Assembly: GCA_963764165.1 (NCBI GenBank)
Contig: CAVXRD010000002.1
Span: 3,104,001-3,168,000 of the forward strand
From: an uncultured Verrucomicrobiae bacterium
GTDB lineage: Bacteria; Verrucomicrobiota; Verrucomicrobiia; Limisphaerales; Palsa-1400
Direction of reading: 5' to 3'
DNA: 64,000 nucleotides
Every line of letters begins with the position of its first letter. Positions within the stretch are counted from its first letter, which is position 1. The notes below the pieces were generated by a model. That model was not told the origin of the DNA, searched no databases, and saw nothing but the letters and a program-made list of their open reading frames with translations. The translations under genes were made by a program, and so were the position numbers. This document shows positions 9,796 to 19,320 of the stretch, piece after piece.

Positions 9796-9807
9796 GAAAA
9801 CCTGTGC

Positions 9808-9957
9808 TCAACCGGAAGTAACCATGGAGGCGGTTTTCCGAGATTATGCACATTCAATGCTTCGCCCAAATTCAAGCCACGCTTGCTCTCTCCAAGCAAG
9901 CGTCCTGGCAACGGCTGGCGTGGAAATTCTCACCCACTGAAGAAAGTTCGAGGAGCC
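9808..9957 (+). mobile_element. Decayed right half of a MITE-2-like element (heptamer-module tail + degenerate TIR)
   Basis: TCAAC..GTAACC...TTTTCCGAGATTAT...ATGCTT, then sequence alignable by eye to ~11075-11173, ending CACCCACTGAAGAAAGTTCGAGGAGCC. Confidence 0.55.
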
Positions 9958-10095
9958 GGCAATTTCTCTGCATTCTCGGGGCCTTGGCCTTTTGCAGTTG
10001 AAATTCCCCTGTTTCATTTTCCTACATTGGAACAAAGGCATTTCAACGCAAGGGCGCAGGGGCGCAATCTGAGACGGATTCTTGTCCCGTCCGGA

Positions 10096-10199
10096 TGAAA
10101 TGTAGCAGTCCTGTTGCACTAATCTTGCGCTCTATCTCATTGATAATCAACAATGTAGAGGATGTGTCGGTATTTTTGAGGTCACGCATTCAATGCTTT
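10096..10199 (+). repeat. Heptamer/palindrome module, copy A (degenerate)
   Basis: TGAAA-TGTAGCA..TGTTGCA..TCTTGCG-TATCTCATTGATAATCAAC-AATGTAG...TTTTTGAGGT..CATTCAATGCTT. Confidence 0.7.
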
Positions 10200-10249
10200 A
10201 GCATATTGGTTGTGTGGTTTATTGGGTGGGAAGTTGTTAAGTAGACAAG

Positions 10250-10330
10250 ATGACGAGCAATGAATTGATCCGCTGTTACCTGTCCGAACGCTCCGAGACG
10301 GCTTTCGCCGAATTGGTCCGGCAGCACGTC
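10250..10330 (+). pseudogene. Truncated ECF sigma factor N-terminus
   Basis: MTSNELIRCYLSERSETAFAELVRQH matches the typical verrucomicrobial ECF N-terminus. Similarity stops after about 26 codons. Confidence 0.6.
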
Positions 10331-10541
10331 CTCGCGCCAGCGACAGACGGTGGCATGGCCAGGCTGTTTTGCCAGGCCGAGCTGCCGCTGGTCATTGCCG
10401 AAAATTCAAGTGACGGCGTGGTGGACGTCGGTGAAGTCATGCTTCGACCGACTCCGTAGCATCGGGGGTATCTGCGAGACACCGGGGAAGGACACGCGTC
10501 ACGCCCTGATATACCACATAAGGGTGTAATTGCACTCTTAA

Positions 10542-10603
10542 TTGACAAACAAGGCTTCAGCCTTATGCTCCTGCTTGCCGCCATCAGGGCATGTTCTTTG
10601 AAA
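10542..10603 (+). promoter_or_regulatory. Sigma70 promoter followed by a boxA-like site
   Basis: TTGACA (10542-47), 16-bp spacer, TATGCT (10564-69); TGTTCTTTGAAA at 10592-10603. Confidence 0.55.
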
Positions 10604-10607
10604 TTTT

Positions 10608-10690
10608 GCGAATGCCTGCGCCCGGGGAGCAGTTGGCTTGTTAACGGACTCCCCGGCACGGGATATAACTAAGCCGTATTCGGGCATTGC
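10608..10690 (+). ncRNA. Candidate structured RNA (three-way junction)
   Basis: Closing stem AATGCCTG/CGGGCATT, hairpin CCGGGGAG/CTCCCCGG with inner GTTGGC/GTTAAC, and hairpin ACGG/CCGT. It sits behind a promoter with no ORF. Confidence 0.4.
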
Positions 10691-10816
10691 ACCCTATTGC
10701 ACCCTTGGCTTTTCACGACAAGGATCTTCAGGGAAAAGAACGTGCGCCCAGAGGCGATGAGTGCGCAGAAGGGCACAAAGCCAAAAAAACTATGGATAGA
10801 AAGCGGACTGGCAAAA

Positions 10817-11257
10817 TGTTACCATGTGTTACCGGTCTGTTACCATTTTTGTTAGGTTCCTCGCTGTTTTCAATGGAACAAATGATGGTGCAGGCATCTT
10901 GATGAAAATTTTCAGGGAACGACGGAAAGAGGCCGCGTTTCATGCAACCCGACAGCGCGGGAAGAAATGTTGCGGGTTTGTTGCGGGTTTGTTGCTCTTT
11001 TTGTTGCCCCTTATCTCGTTGATGGTCAACCGTGTAGCGGGTGTTGCCCCTTTTTCGAGATCACACATTATACCGAGCTTTCGCCAAGCCAGTGCCAAGC
11101 CTGGATTCCAAATGGGTTGTCCCGCAGCGACGGCTAACGAGTTGTCTCATTCCACCGAAAATGGCGAGGAACCATTTGTTACCAATTATCTCGTTGATAA
11201 TCAACGATGTAACCAATGTTACTGATTTTCCGAGATTATATATATATTCGATGCTTT
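10817..11257 (+). repeat. Heptamer/palindrome module, copy B, split by MITE-2
   Basis: TGTTACC x3 + TGTTA|MITE|CC-AAT-TATCTCGTTGATAATCAACGATGTAACCAATGTTACT..TTTTCCGAGATTATATATATATT. Confidence 0.8.
10855..11173. mobile_element. MITE-2 (319 bp), carrying module copy C (10968-11072)
   Basis: TIRs GGTTCCTCGCTGTTTTCAATGGAA / TTCCACCGAAAATGGCGAGGAACC; flanks TTTTGTTA / ATTTGTTA (7/8-bp target duplication). Confidence 0.8.
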
Positions 11258-11264
11258 CCTCAGC

Positions 11265-11939
11265 CTAATTCGGATTCTGCCGGTCATTCCAAAGGACGGC
11301 TTCGCGCAAAAGTTCGACGGCGTTCTTGAGATGCAATTTCCGTTTGATGCGCGCGCAGAAAGCCTGCACGGTGCCGAGAGTCACGCCGAGTTCTTCGCCG
11401 ACCCGCTGGGTGGTGTAGCCGCGTCCCAGCAATTGAAACACCTCCAACTCGCGCCCACTCAAGGAAGCCAGGGGTGAGGCGGCCGGGGCCAGGCCGCCCT
11501 CGACCAGCTTTTCCGCCAGCAAGGCCGTCGCGCGCTCGCTCAGGTAGCGTTCGCCCCGGAGGACGCAGCGAATGGCTTCGAGAATTTTGGAAGTCACGTC
11601 GCGCTTCATCACGTAACCCCTCGCCCCGGCGCGCAAGGCCCGTTCCGCATAAAGCGATTCCTCGTGCATGGACAAGACAATGGCGCGGACGCCGGGAAAT
11701 TGCGATTTGAGCTGCGAAATCAAATCGAGCCCCGATGCGCCCTCAAGAGAAATGTCAACCACCGCCACGTCCGGCTTGGCCGCGCCAATTTTTTCCATGG
11801 CTTGCCCAACGTTTGAGGCGTCGCCGGCGATCATCAAATCAGCCTGCTGATTGATCAACTGGCTGAGCCATTCCCGAACGAGGGGATGGTCATCCACTAT
11901 AAATACGCCGCGTTTTTCGCTTGATTCTTGATTTTCCAT
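11265..11939 (-). CDS. NarL/LuxR family response regulator
   Basis: IVDDHPLVR receiver domain, LSMHEE..YAERALRAGARGY, and LSGRELEVF HTH. Confidence 0.93.
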   Translation of the reverse strand: MENQESSEKRGVFIVDDHPLVREWLSQLINQQADLMIAGDASNVGQAMEKIGAAKPDVAVVDISLEGASGLDLISQLKSQFPGVRAIVLSMHEESLYAERALRAGARGYVMKRDVTSKILEAIRCVLRGERYLSERATALLAEKLVEGGLAPAASPLASLSGRELEVFQLLGRGYTTQRVGEELGVTLGTVQAFCARIKRKLHLKNAVELLREAVLWNDRQNPN

Positions 11940-12122
11940 GTCAGTTGCCAGCTGGCTCGGGCGCTTGGATTCCTCCACTTGATGCGGCTCCGGGCTTTCA
12001 ATTGTCAAGTGGCTGGCTTCAAACGCACAACCCCGACTGCGCATAATATTACCAACCGGGCAACTGGGTGTCTGTAGGACGTGGCCTAATAATCGCACAA
12101 GGCGAAATCGTACGCCAGTGTA

Positions 12123-13307
12123 CTACTTCTTTAAGATCTTCTCGAAAACTACGGTTTCCTCTATCTCGATCCTGCCGGTTTCCGCGCGGTCGGCCTGCGG
12201 CGGAGGCGGAGTTTCGGCGGGATGTGCAGCGGGCGCCGTGGAAGGCATCACTCTGGGCAGCGACGCTTTGGAAGGCGGCGCGATTTCTTCATCCGGCTCG
12301 TTTTGCAAATCCGGCATCTGAAAGCCGGTCCGTTTCTCAAGCCAGGAACGGTAGCGCTGGAAAGTCCACATGCCGTATTCGGCGCCGGTTTCGATGGAGG
12401 AAATGATTTTGAAAAATTCGCGGTTGCGGATGAAATTCTTGATCGGCAGCGTCGCCTTCAGCACTTCGCATTCCGGCACGCAGATGTTCATTCCAGCCCG
12501 GAACTGGAGGCGCTGGGAAATCACGCCAATCAAGCAGTCCGCCAGTTGGGCCGCGACATTGCTTTGGATCTCCGCCGGGAATGCGCCGACCACTCGCTGC
12601 AGCGCCTCCGCGCAATTGGCCGAATGCACCGTCGCCAAGACCAGGTGCCCCGTTTCCGCCGCGCTGAGTGTCAAACGCATGGTCTCCGGCTCGCGCATTT
12701 CGCCGACCATGAGCACGTCCGGATCTTCGCGCAAGCTATCCAGCAGCGCCTGCTCGAAACTCGGCGTGTCGCGCCCGACTTCGCGCTGGCGGATGAACGA
12801 ACGTTGCGGGCGAAACGTGTATTCGATGGGATTCTCGATGGTGACGATGTGCTTGGCTTCGGTTGCGTTGATCGTTTGAATCAAACCCGCCATCGTGGTG
12901 GATTTGCCGCAGCCGGTTGGCCCGCTGACCAGGATCATTCCGTGCTGGTGCTGCACCAATTGCTTCAAGTCGGGATTAAGATTCAGCGACTCGATTGTCG
13001 GCGTAAAGGGCGGGAGCAGCCGGATGGCAAAGCCGACGCCGCGCGCCGTGTGCAAAACGTTAATGCGGCAGCGAACGCGCTCGATGGATTTCGAAAGATC
13101 GAACGACCGGCGTGTTTGAAAAAAGGCCCATTCGTCCGGCGGGATGATGTCGCGCGCCCAATCCAGCGAAAGCCCCGGGCTGACCGGCTCGCCGATGGAA
13201 CGCAACTGTCCTCTCACCCGCAGCATCGGCGCAAGTCCGGGTTCGATGTGCAAATCACTGGCGTTCTCCGCCTTGGCCGCCGCGATGAGTGAGCGAAGGG
13301 TTGTCAT
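12123..13307 (-). CDS. pilT: PilT/PilU family type IV pilus retraction ATPase
   Basis: ASDLHI, Walker [32 protein letters not shown] and [10 protein letters not shown]. The start overlaps the aroF stop. Confidence 0.9.
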   Translation of the reverse strand: MTTLRSLIAAAKAENASDLHIEPGLAPMLRVRGQLRSIGEPVSPGLSLDWARDIIPPDEWAFFQTRRSFDLSKSIERVRCRINVLHTARGVGFAIRLLPPFTPTIESLNLNPDLKQLVQHQHGMILVSGPTGCGKSTTMAGLIQTINATEAKHIVTIENPIEYTFRPQRSFIRQREVGRDTPSFEQALLDSLREDPDVLMVGEMREPETMRLTLSAAETGHLVLATVHSANCAEALQRVVGAFPAEIQSNVAAQLADCLIGVISQRLQFRAGMNICVPECEVLKATLPIKNFIRNREFFKIISSIETGAEYGMWTFQRYRSWLEKRTGFQMPDLQNEPDEEIAPPSKASLPRVMPSTAPAAHPAETPPPPQADRAETGRIEIEETVVFEKILKK

Positions 13308-14350
13308 GCCGAAAGTTGCTGGTAGCCCCAGCGCAGCATTCGTTCCGTCATTTCCCACCCGACACAGCCGTCGGTGATCGACAAGCCGTAGCGCAGTTCG
13401 TCCGCCTTTTTCGGAAACGGCTGCGCGCCTTCCTCAAGATAACTTTCCACCATCAGGCCAATCAACGACTTCGTGCCCCGCGAGCGCTGCTCGATGACGC
13501 TGTGCCAGACATCTTCCTGGCGAGTCGCCTGTTTGCCGGAATTGGCATGGCTGCAATCCACCATCAACACGCGCGGCAACCCATGTTCCGCCAAAGTGTC
13601 TTCGGCCGTCTGGATGCTGGTGGCGTCGTAATTCGTGCGCAAACGGCCGCCGCGCAAAACGACGTGCCCGACAGGATTTCCCGTCGTGCGAATAATGCTG
13701 GTGACGCCGTCCTGGTCGACACCAATAAAACTGTGGGCGTGCTTGGCCGCGCCCATCGCATCAATCGCGATTTGCAGGCTGCCATCCGTGCCATTTTTGA
13801 AACCGACCGGCATGGAGAGTCCGCTGGCCATTTCGCGGTGCGTTTGCGATTCGGTCGTCCGCGCGCCGATGGCGGCCCAACTCACCAGTTCCGCAATATA
13901 CTGCGGGATAATCGGGTCCAGAAATTCCGTCGCGGCGGGGATGCCCATTTCCGCGATATCGAGCAAGAGCTTTCGGGCGATGCGCAGCCCGGTTTCGATG
14001 TCATGCGAATTGTCCAGATGCGGATCATTGATCAGCCCCTTCCAGCCGATGGTGGTGCGGGGCTTCTCGAAGTAAACGCGCATGATGATTTCCATACGAT
14101 CATGGAATTCAACCCGCAATTTGCTCAAACGTTGCGCGTAATCGAGTGCGCCTTTGACATCGTGAATTGAGCAAGGCCCTACCACGACCAAAAGGCGCGG
14201 ATCCTTTTGGGAGAGAATATTAAAAATGGCTTCGCGGCCGCGCACGACGGTGGCATTGGCCTTTTCGGTTTCGGGCAGCGCCTTTTTCAAGGCAAGCGGC
14301 GTCGAAAGCCGGACAATTTCATGAACATTTAGATCCTGCGTCCGTAACAT
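13304..14350 (-). CDS. aroF: 3-deoxy-7-phosphoheptulonate (DAHP) synthase, class I
   Basis: [38 protein letters not shown] and DCSH.NS.K motifs. Confidence 0.95.
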   Translation of the reverse strand: MLRTQDLNVHEIVRLSTPLALKKALPETEKANATVVRGREAIFNILSQKDPRLLVVVGPCSIHDVKGALDYAQRLSKLRVEFHDRMEIIMRVYFEKPRTTIGWKGLINDPHLDNSHDIETGLRIARKLLLDIAEMGIPAATEFLDPIIPQYIAELVSWAAIGARTTESQTHREMASGLSMPVGFKNGTDGSLQIAIDAMGAAKHAHSFIGVDQDGVTSIIRTTGNPVGHVVLRGGRLRTNYDATSIQTAEDTLAEHGLPRVLMVDCSHANSGKQATRQEDVWHSVIEQRSRGTKSLIGLMVESYLEEGAQPFPKKADELRYGLSITDGCVGWEMTERMLRWGYQQLSA

Positions 14351-14484
14351 CAGGCGGCCAGTATACGCCGGGAAGCCCGCAACAAAAGCGCGAAAGAGGA
14401 AGCGTCCGGCAAGTGTCTCATGGGAGGAATGGGACTTAACCCAGACTTCCCATTCCTCTCCTCATTCCCATTTCACTAAGCCTC

Positions 14485-14512
14485 TTGACATGCAACCAAA
14501 AGGTTGCATAAT
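14485..14512 (+). promoter_or_regulatory. Promoter with palindromic ArsR-type operator
   Basis: TTGACA (14485) ... CATAAT (14507), overlapping the palindrome ATGCAACC-AAAA-GGTTGCAT. Confidence 0.75.
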
Positions 14513-14523
14513 GGAAACCGAAA

Positions 14524-14847
14524 ATGGATGCAGTGTTCAAGGCGCTGGCGGATGAAAGCCGCCGCACGTTGCTGGACGAATTGTTCAAGAACAATGGGCA
14601 GACGCTGACGCAGTTGTGCCAGCACCTTGAAATGTCGCGCCAGGCGGTCACGAAACACCTGGGCTTGCTTGAGAAGGCGAACCTCGTGGCCACGGTTTGG
14701 CACGGGCGCGAGAAGCTGCATTATCTTAATCCGGTGCCGTTGCACGAGATCTACGAGCGGTGGATTAACAAATACGAGCGCCACGGCCTCCAGGCCTTGA
14801 GCGATTTGAAAAAAGGTCTCGAAGAACAGCAGGACGAAAGGAAATAA
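14524..14847 (+). CDS. ArsR/SmtB family transcriptional regulator
   Basis: VFKALAD.SRR.LLD.L...MSRQAVTKHL..LE.ANLV. Confidence 0.92.
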   Translation: MDAVFKALADESRRTLLDELFKNNGQTLTQLCQHLEMSRQAVTKHLGLLEKANLVATVWHGREKLHYLNPVPLHEIYERWINKYERHGLQALSDLKKGLEEQQDERK

Positions 14848-14848
14848 G

Positions 14849-15310
14849 ATGACGCAAAAACCGAAATTCGTTTACGTGACTTACATTCGCACCACGCCGG
14901 AAAAACTCTGGCACGCGCTGACCGACCCCGAATCCATCCGCAAATTTTGGGTGGGCATCCGCGTTGACACCGACTGGAAGGCAGGCTCGCCGTGGCGGCT
15001 GATTTTTGCCGACGGCAGCGTGGCGGACACCGGGGAAATCCTGGAATCAGTGCCTCCTCGCAAGCTGGTGATCCGGTGGCTGAATGAGTTCCGGCCGGAA
15101 TTGAAAGCCGAAGGCTATTCCCGCTGCACGATGGATCTGGAGCCGGTGGAGACTTCTGTCAAATTAACGATTACCCATGAAATGGAGGGCGAAAGCGGCG
15201 TGAAATTTATCGAGGCAGTGTCGGGCGGCTGGCCGTTTATTCTCTCGAACCTCAAGTCATTGATCGAGACGGGAGAAATCGTGACGGGCCACAAGCCCTG
15301 CAAAGGATAA
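14849..15310 (+). CDS. SRPBCC (AHSA1-like) family protein
   Basis: YVTYIRTTPEKLW.ALT...GW..ILS.LKS; typical ArsR-SRPBCC pair. Confidence 0.9.
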   Translation: MTQKPKFVYVTYIRTTPEKLWHALTDPESIRKFWVGIRVDTDWKAGSPWRLIFADGSVADTGEILESVPPRKLVIRWLNEFRPELKAEGYSRCTMDLEPVETSVKLTITHEMEGESGVKFIEAVSGGWPFILSNLKSLIETGEIVTGHKPCKG

Positions 15311-15436
15311 TGCGGTGGGCTCGGACAGTGTCGCAGACCAGTCGCAGCACGCTGAACTCAAAGGCGCGCTGCGCCTGATTTTTCATCGCATTGCTCCTTC
15401 GAACACGTCCGCGCACCGCTCCACGGCGACGCGGAT

Positions 15437-15700
15437 GCAAATCTGATTTTGTAAACTTATTTGCCCTCTTCCGTGCCGTCGGCTCCGATTTGGTTTGCTT
15501 GGATTTGAATCGCAGTTGCGCCCGATGCTTTTCCAAACATTGGCACGGGGGCATTGTTTGGCCTCAATGCCCCCGTGCCAATGTTAATGACGAGATCGTT
15601 GTGTCTTCAAGAAAAAAGAATAGGTCATCCCGAAAGAGGCCAATCAATGCCGCCGCGTCTTGGCATCGGCGCGGCGCGGCGAGCCGAGCTGATCTGCGCC
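15437..15700 (+). repeat. Dispersed long-stem element, copy 1
   Basis: 21-bp perfect stem 15536-15556/15565-15585; collinear with the reverse complement of 33325-33655. Confidence 0.8.
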
Positions 15701-15768
15701 CGCGGCGCGCCTCGGCCATTTTTGAACTTTCGCCGAGCGCCGGTTTGGCACATGTTGATTCTCTGAGC

Positions 15769-16554
15769 GTGAGTGATCATTCTACATTGGTCGTCGCCGG
15801 CAGGGAGTTCCGGTCGCGGTTGCTGCTGGGGACTGGCAAGTTTTCGTCTCCGGAATTGATGCGCCAAACGCTGGAGGCCAGCGGAGCGGAAATCGTCACG
15901 GTGGCTTTGCGCCGGGCGGATTTGAGCGGCAAACGCGATCCGTTCGCCAACATTCTGGAATTCATTGATCCCGGCAAGTACCTGATTTTGCCCAACACCA
16001 GCGGCGCGATAAACGCCGCCGAAGCGGTGCGCCTCGCCCGGTTGGCGGCGGCGGCGGGTTTGCCCAAATGGATCAAGTTGGAAATCCATCCCGATCCGCG
16101 CTACCTCCTGCCGGATCCGGTCGAAACGTTGGAAGCCGCGCAGATACTCGTTCGCGAAGGCTTTGTCGTGCTTCCCTACATCAATGCCGACCCTGTGCTG
16201 GCCAAGCGATTGCAGGAGGTTGGAACAGCAACGGTGATGCCGCTGGGTTCGCCCATTGGCTCGAATCGCGGTCTGGAAACGCGCGAGCAAATCCGCATCA
16301 TCATCGAGCAAGCCACCGTGCCAGTCGTTGTCGACGCGGGCATTGGCGTCCCTAGCCATGCGGCGGAAGCGATGGAGCTTGGCGCGGACGCCGTGCTTGT
16401 CAATACTGCGATTGCCGTGGCCAGCGATCCTTGCCGGATGGCCCGCGCCTTCGCCGAAGCGGTGCATTGCGGCCGCGAGGCGTTTGAAATCGGACTCGCC
16501 CTGACCCGCCCCACCGCCGAGCCGACCAGCCCCATCACCGCTTTTTTGAATTAG
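15769..16554 (+). CDS. thiG: Thiazole synthase
   Basis: [37 protein letters not shown] and [11 protein letters not shown] start at 15769 inferred. Confidence 0.95.
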   Translation: MSDHSTLVVAGREFRSRLLLGTGKFSSPELMRQTLEASGAEIVTVALRRADLSGKRDPFANILEFIDPGKYLILPNTSGAINAAEAVRLARLAAAAGLPKWIKLEIHPDPRYLLPDPVETLEAAQILVREGFVVLPYINADPVLAKRLQEVGTATVMPLGSPIGSNRGLETREQIRIIIEQATVPVVVDAGIGVPSHAAEAMELGADAVLVNTAIAVASDPCRMARAFAEAVHCGREAFEIGLALTRPTAEPTSPITAFLN

Positions 16555-16556
16555 GT

Positions 16557-17609
16557 TTGATGAAGAACCATGTGCAAGTCTTGAAGGGTTTCGCGCCGCC
16601 ATTCGCGCGCATCCGCGAATTGCTGGACGCCGCCACTCGCGCCCGCGTGCTGGTGATGGGCGATGTGATGCTCGATCAATTTGTGCGCGGCCGCGTGGCC
16701 CGCATTTCGCCGGAAGCACCCGTGCCAGTCGTCGATTTTGAAAGCGAAAGTTTCGTTCCCGGCGGCGCTGGAAATGTCGCCCGTAACCTTGCCGACATGT
16801 GCGCGGCCACTGAATTGCTCGGGGTTGTCGGCGAAGACAACGCGGCGCGGCAATTGAAGGAAGTGCTCGCGCATGACCACATCGGCTGCGGCGGTTTGCT
16901 GGTGTGCCCGGAACGCGCGACGAGCATCAAGACGCGCATCGTGGCGCATCGCCAGCAAGTGGTGCGGGTGGATCGCGAGAGCCGCCATAGTATTGACGCT
17001 GGCACGACGCAGCGCTTGCTCAAGCAATTGGAAAAGGACCTGGCCGCTGCCGACGCGGTCATCATTGGCGATTACGCCAAAGGCGTCGTGACTCAGGAAT
17101 TGCTCGATGGCGCGAAGAAGCTTTGCCGCGCGCGAGGCGCGTGGCTGAGCGTCGATCCCAAGCCCTCCCACCATCTCGATCTTTCCGGAGTTTCGCTGCT
17201 GACGCCGAACCGCAAGGAAGCGTTTGAATTGGCGGATATGGCCGATTTGACACCGAGCGCTCCCGCCATCGAAGATTTGAATTTGATGGCAGCGGTCGAA
17301 AAATTATTCATCGAATTCAAACCCGCCCTTCTCCTCGTGACACTCGGCGACCAGGGCATGATGCTGTGCCAGCGCGGCCAGGCGCCGCTCCTGTTTCCAA
17401 CAGTGGCGCGGGAGGTGTTCGACGTTTCCGGCGCGGGCGACACGGTCATTGCGTCGTTCACGCTGGCCATTGTGGCGGGCGCTTCGCCGCAGGAAGCGGC
17501 GATTATTTCCAATCACGCGGCGGGCATTGTGGTGGGCAAACTCGGAACGGCCACGGTGCGGCCCGAAGAGCTGCTCGAAAGTTTTCGCCAGGAAGAGGCC
17601 GTTAAATGA
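16557..17609 (+). CDS. rfaE1: D-glycero-beta-D-manno-heptose-7-phosphate kinase (RfaE domain I / HldA, PfkB family)
   Basis: GDVMLD...RISPEAPVPV, GGAGNVA, DYAKG and VFDVSGAGDTV. Confidence 0.9.
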   Translation: MMKNHVQVLKGFAPPFARIRELLDAATRARVLVMGDVMLDQFVRGRVARISPEAPVPVVDFESESFVPGGAGNVARNLADMCAATELLGVVGEDNAARQLKEVLAHDHIGCGGLLVCPERATSIKTRIVAHRQQVVRVDRESRHSIDAGTTQRLLKQLEKDLAAADAVIIGDYAKGVVTQELLDGAKKLCRARGAWLSVDPKPSHHLDLSGVSLLTPNRKEAFELADMADLTPSAPAIEDLNLMAAVEKLFIEFKPALLLVTLGDQGMMLCQRGQAPLLFPTVAREVFDVSGAGDTVIASFTLAIVAGASPQEAAIISNHAAGIVVGKLGTATVRPEELLESFRQEEAVK

Positions 17610-18379
17610 CGCCCGACAAAGTTCAAAGAATTCGCGCCATGAAAGGCCGCGAACGCATCGCCGCCCTCACTGCCTACGATTTCCCGATGGCGCAAATGCT
17701 CGATGCCGCCGGCATTCCGCTGCTGCTGGTGGGCGATTCGCTGGGCATGGTCGTGCTGGGCTATCCCAACACCACGCTGGTCACGATGGATGACATGGAG
17801 CATCACGTCCGCGCGGTGGCCCGGGCCAAGCCGCAGGCGTTGCTGGTGGCGGATATGCCTTACGGCAGTTGCGCCACGACGGCGAAGGCGGTCGAGAACG
17901 CGCGCCGTTTGAAAGCCGCAGGCGCGGAAGCTGTCAAAACCGAGGGCGGACGAAAAATTCTTCCGCAAATTGAGGCCATTCTCGCCGAGAGAATTCCGGT
18001 TGTGGGCCACTTGGGAATGCTGCCGCAAAACGCCGTGATCGAGGGCGGCTATCATGTGAAAGGCAAAAGCGAAGAGGAGCGATCGGCTCTGATCGCCGAC
18101 GCCAAAGCCGTGGCGCAAGCCGGGGCATTTGCGGTGGTGCTCGAATTGGTCACAGCCCCTGTCGCGGCGGAGATTACGGCGCAAATTCCGATTCCCACCA
18201 TCGGCATCGGCGCGGGCCGGAAATGCGACGGCGAAATTTTGGTGATCACAGATTTATTGGGGACTTCGCCCGGCGGCTTCATTCCGAAGCATGTTAAAAA
18301 AAACTGGCATTTGTCGGAACAAATTCGCGCGGCGGTGGTTGAATGGAAGGAAGGCGTGGTGCATCCGGGCCAGCCATGA
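17606..18379 (+). CDS. panB: 3-methyl-2-oxobutanoate hydroxymethyltransferase
   Basis: LTAYD, LVGDSLGM, ADMPY, GHLG and PTIGIGAG. Confidence 0.95.
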   Translation: MTPDKVQRIRAMKGRERIAALTAYDFPMAQMLDAAGIPLLLVGDSLGMVVLGYPNTTLVTMDDMEHHVRAVARAKPQALLVADMPYGSCATTAKAVENARRLKAAGAEAVKTEGGRKILPQIEAILAERIPVVGHLGMLPQNAVIEGGYHVKGKSEEERSALIADAKAVAQAGAFAVVLELVTAPVAAEITAQIPIPTIGIGAGRKCDGEILVITDLLGTSPGGFIPKHVKKNWHLSEQIRAAVVEWKEGVVHPGQP

Positions 18380-18828
18380 AACAATTTTCGCATTTGGACG
18401 CGCGGGGGCAGATCAGCATGGTCGATGTCTCCGCCAAGCCGCCCGCCAGCCGCGAAGCGGTGGCGCGAGGGGAAATCCATTTGCAATCCGAGACCATTGC
18501 GGCTATCGAGCAGGACCAAATCGCCAAGGGCAACGTGCTGGCCTGCGCCCGTGTGGCCGGAATCATGGCTGCTAAAAAAACGGGCGAACTCATCCCGCTC
18601 TGCCATCCCCTCAGCATTACGCATTGCTCGGTTGAATTTGAAATTCCCGCTTCGCGCGACCGCATCGTCATCACAAGTTCTGCCCGCATCAACGCCTCCA
18701 CGGGTGTGGAAATGGAAGCGTTGACGGCGGTGAGCATCGCGGCCCTGACGATTTACGATATGTGCAAGGCGGCCGACAAATCGATGCGGATCACGGACAT
18801 TGTGCTCGTGTCAAAAACAAAGAAATAA
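18376..18828 (+). CDS. moaC: Cyclic pyranopterin monophosphate synthase
   Basis: MVDVSAK, LIPLCH, TGVEMEAL and YDMCKA. Confidence 0.95.
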   Translation: MKQFSHLDARGQISMVDVSAKPPASREAVARGEIHLQSETIAAIEQDQIAKGNVLACARVAGIMAAKKTGELIPLCHPLSITHCSVEFEIPASRDRIVITSSARINASTGVEMEALTAVSIAALTIYDMCKAADKSMRITDIVLVSKTKK

Positions 18829-18835
18829 CGCGCCC

Positions 18836-19318
18836 ATGCAAATCGAAGCCGGCATTCTCACCATTTCCGATCGCGCCTCGCGCGGCCAATACGACGATTT
18901 GGGCGGCCCCGCCCTGCGCCAGGCGGCGACGGCGCGAGGTTGGAAAATCGCGGCGGAAGCGCTCGTGCCAGACGAGAAGCGCGACATCCAGCGCGCCATA
19001 CGCGAAATGATCAACAAAGGCTGCAACGTTGTCCTGACGACAGGCGGAACGGGCGTGGCCATTCGTGATGTCACACCTGAAGCCGTGAGAGAAATTGCGG
19101 TGCGCGAATTGCCGGGCTTTGGCGAGGTGATGCGGATCGAATCGATGAAGATCACGCACAACGCCATTTTGTCGCGGAATCTCGCCGCTATTGTGGACAA
19201 GGTTTTGGTGATCTGCCTGCCGGGCAAGCCAAGCGGCGCGGTGGAGTGCCTTGGTTTCGTGGCTGCGGCGGTGCCGCATTGCGTGCAGGTTCTGCAGGAA
19301 GTTCCAACGAGTTGTTGA
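18836..19318 (+). CDS. mog: Molybdopterin adenylyltransferase (MogA/MoaB family)
   Basis: TISDR, TTGGTG...RDVTPEA and LPG.P. Confidence 0.9.
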   Translation: MQIEAGILTISDRASRGQYDDLGGPALRQAATARGWKIAAEALVPDEKRDIQRAIREMINKGCNVVLTTGGTGVAIRDVTPEAVREIAVRELPGFGEVMRIESMKITHNAILSRNLAAIVDKVLVICLPGKPSGAVECLGFVAAAVPHCVQVLQEVPTSC

Positions 19319-19320
19319 AC

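Noticed and set aside
10592..10700. rRNA operon leader
   Set aside because: A promoter and boxA-like site are present, but no 16S/23S/5S sequence follows.
15391..15768. Long N-terminal extension of thiG, and a possible TPP riboswitch
   Set aside because: The extension overlaps non-coding repeats, and I found no CTGAGA...ACCTGA TPP core.
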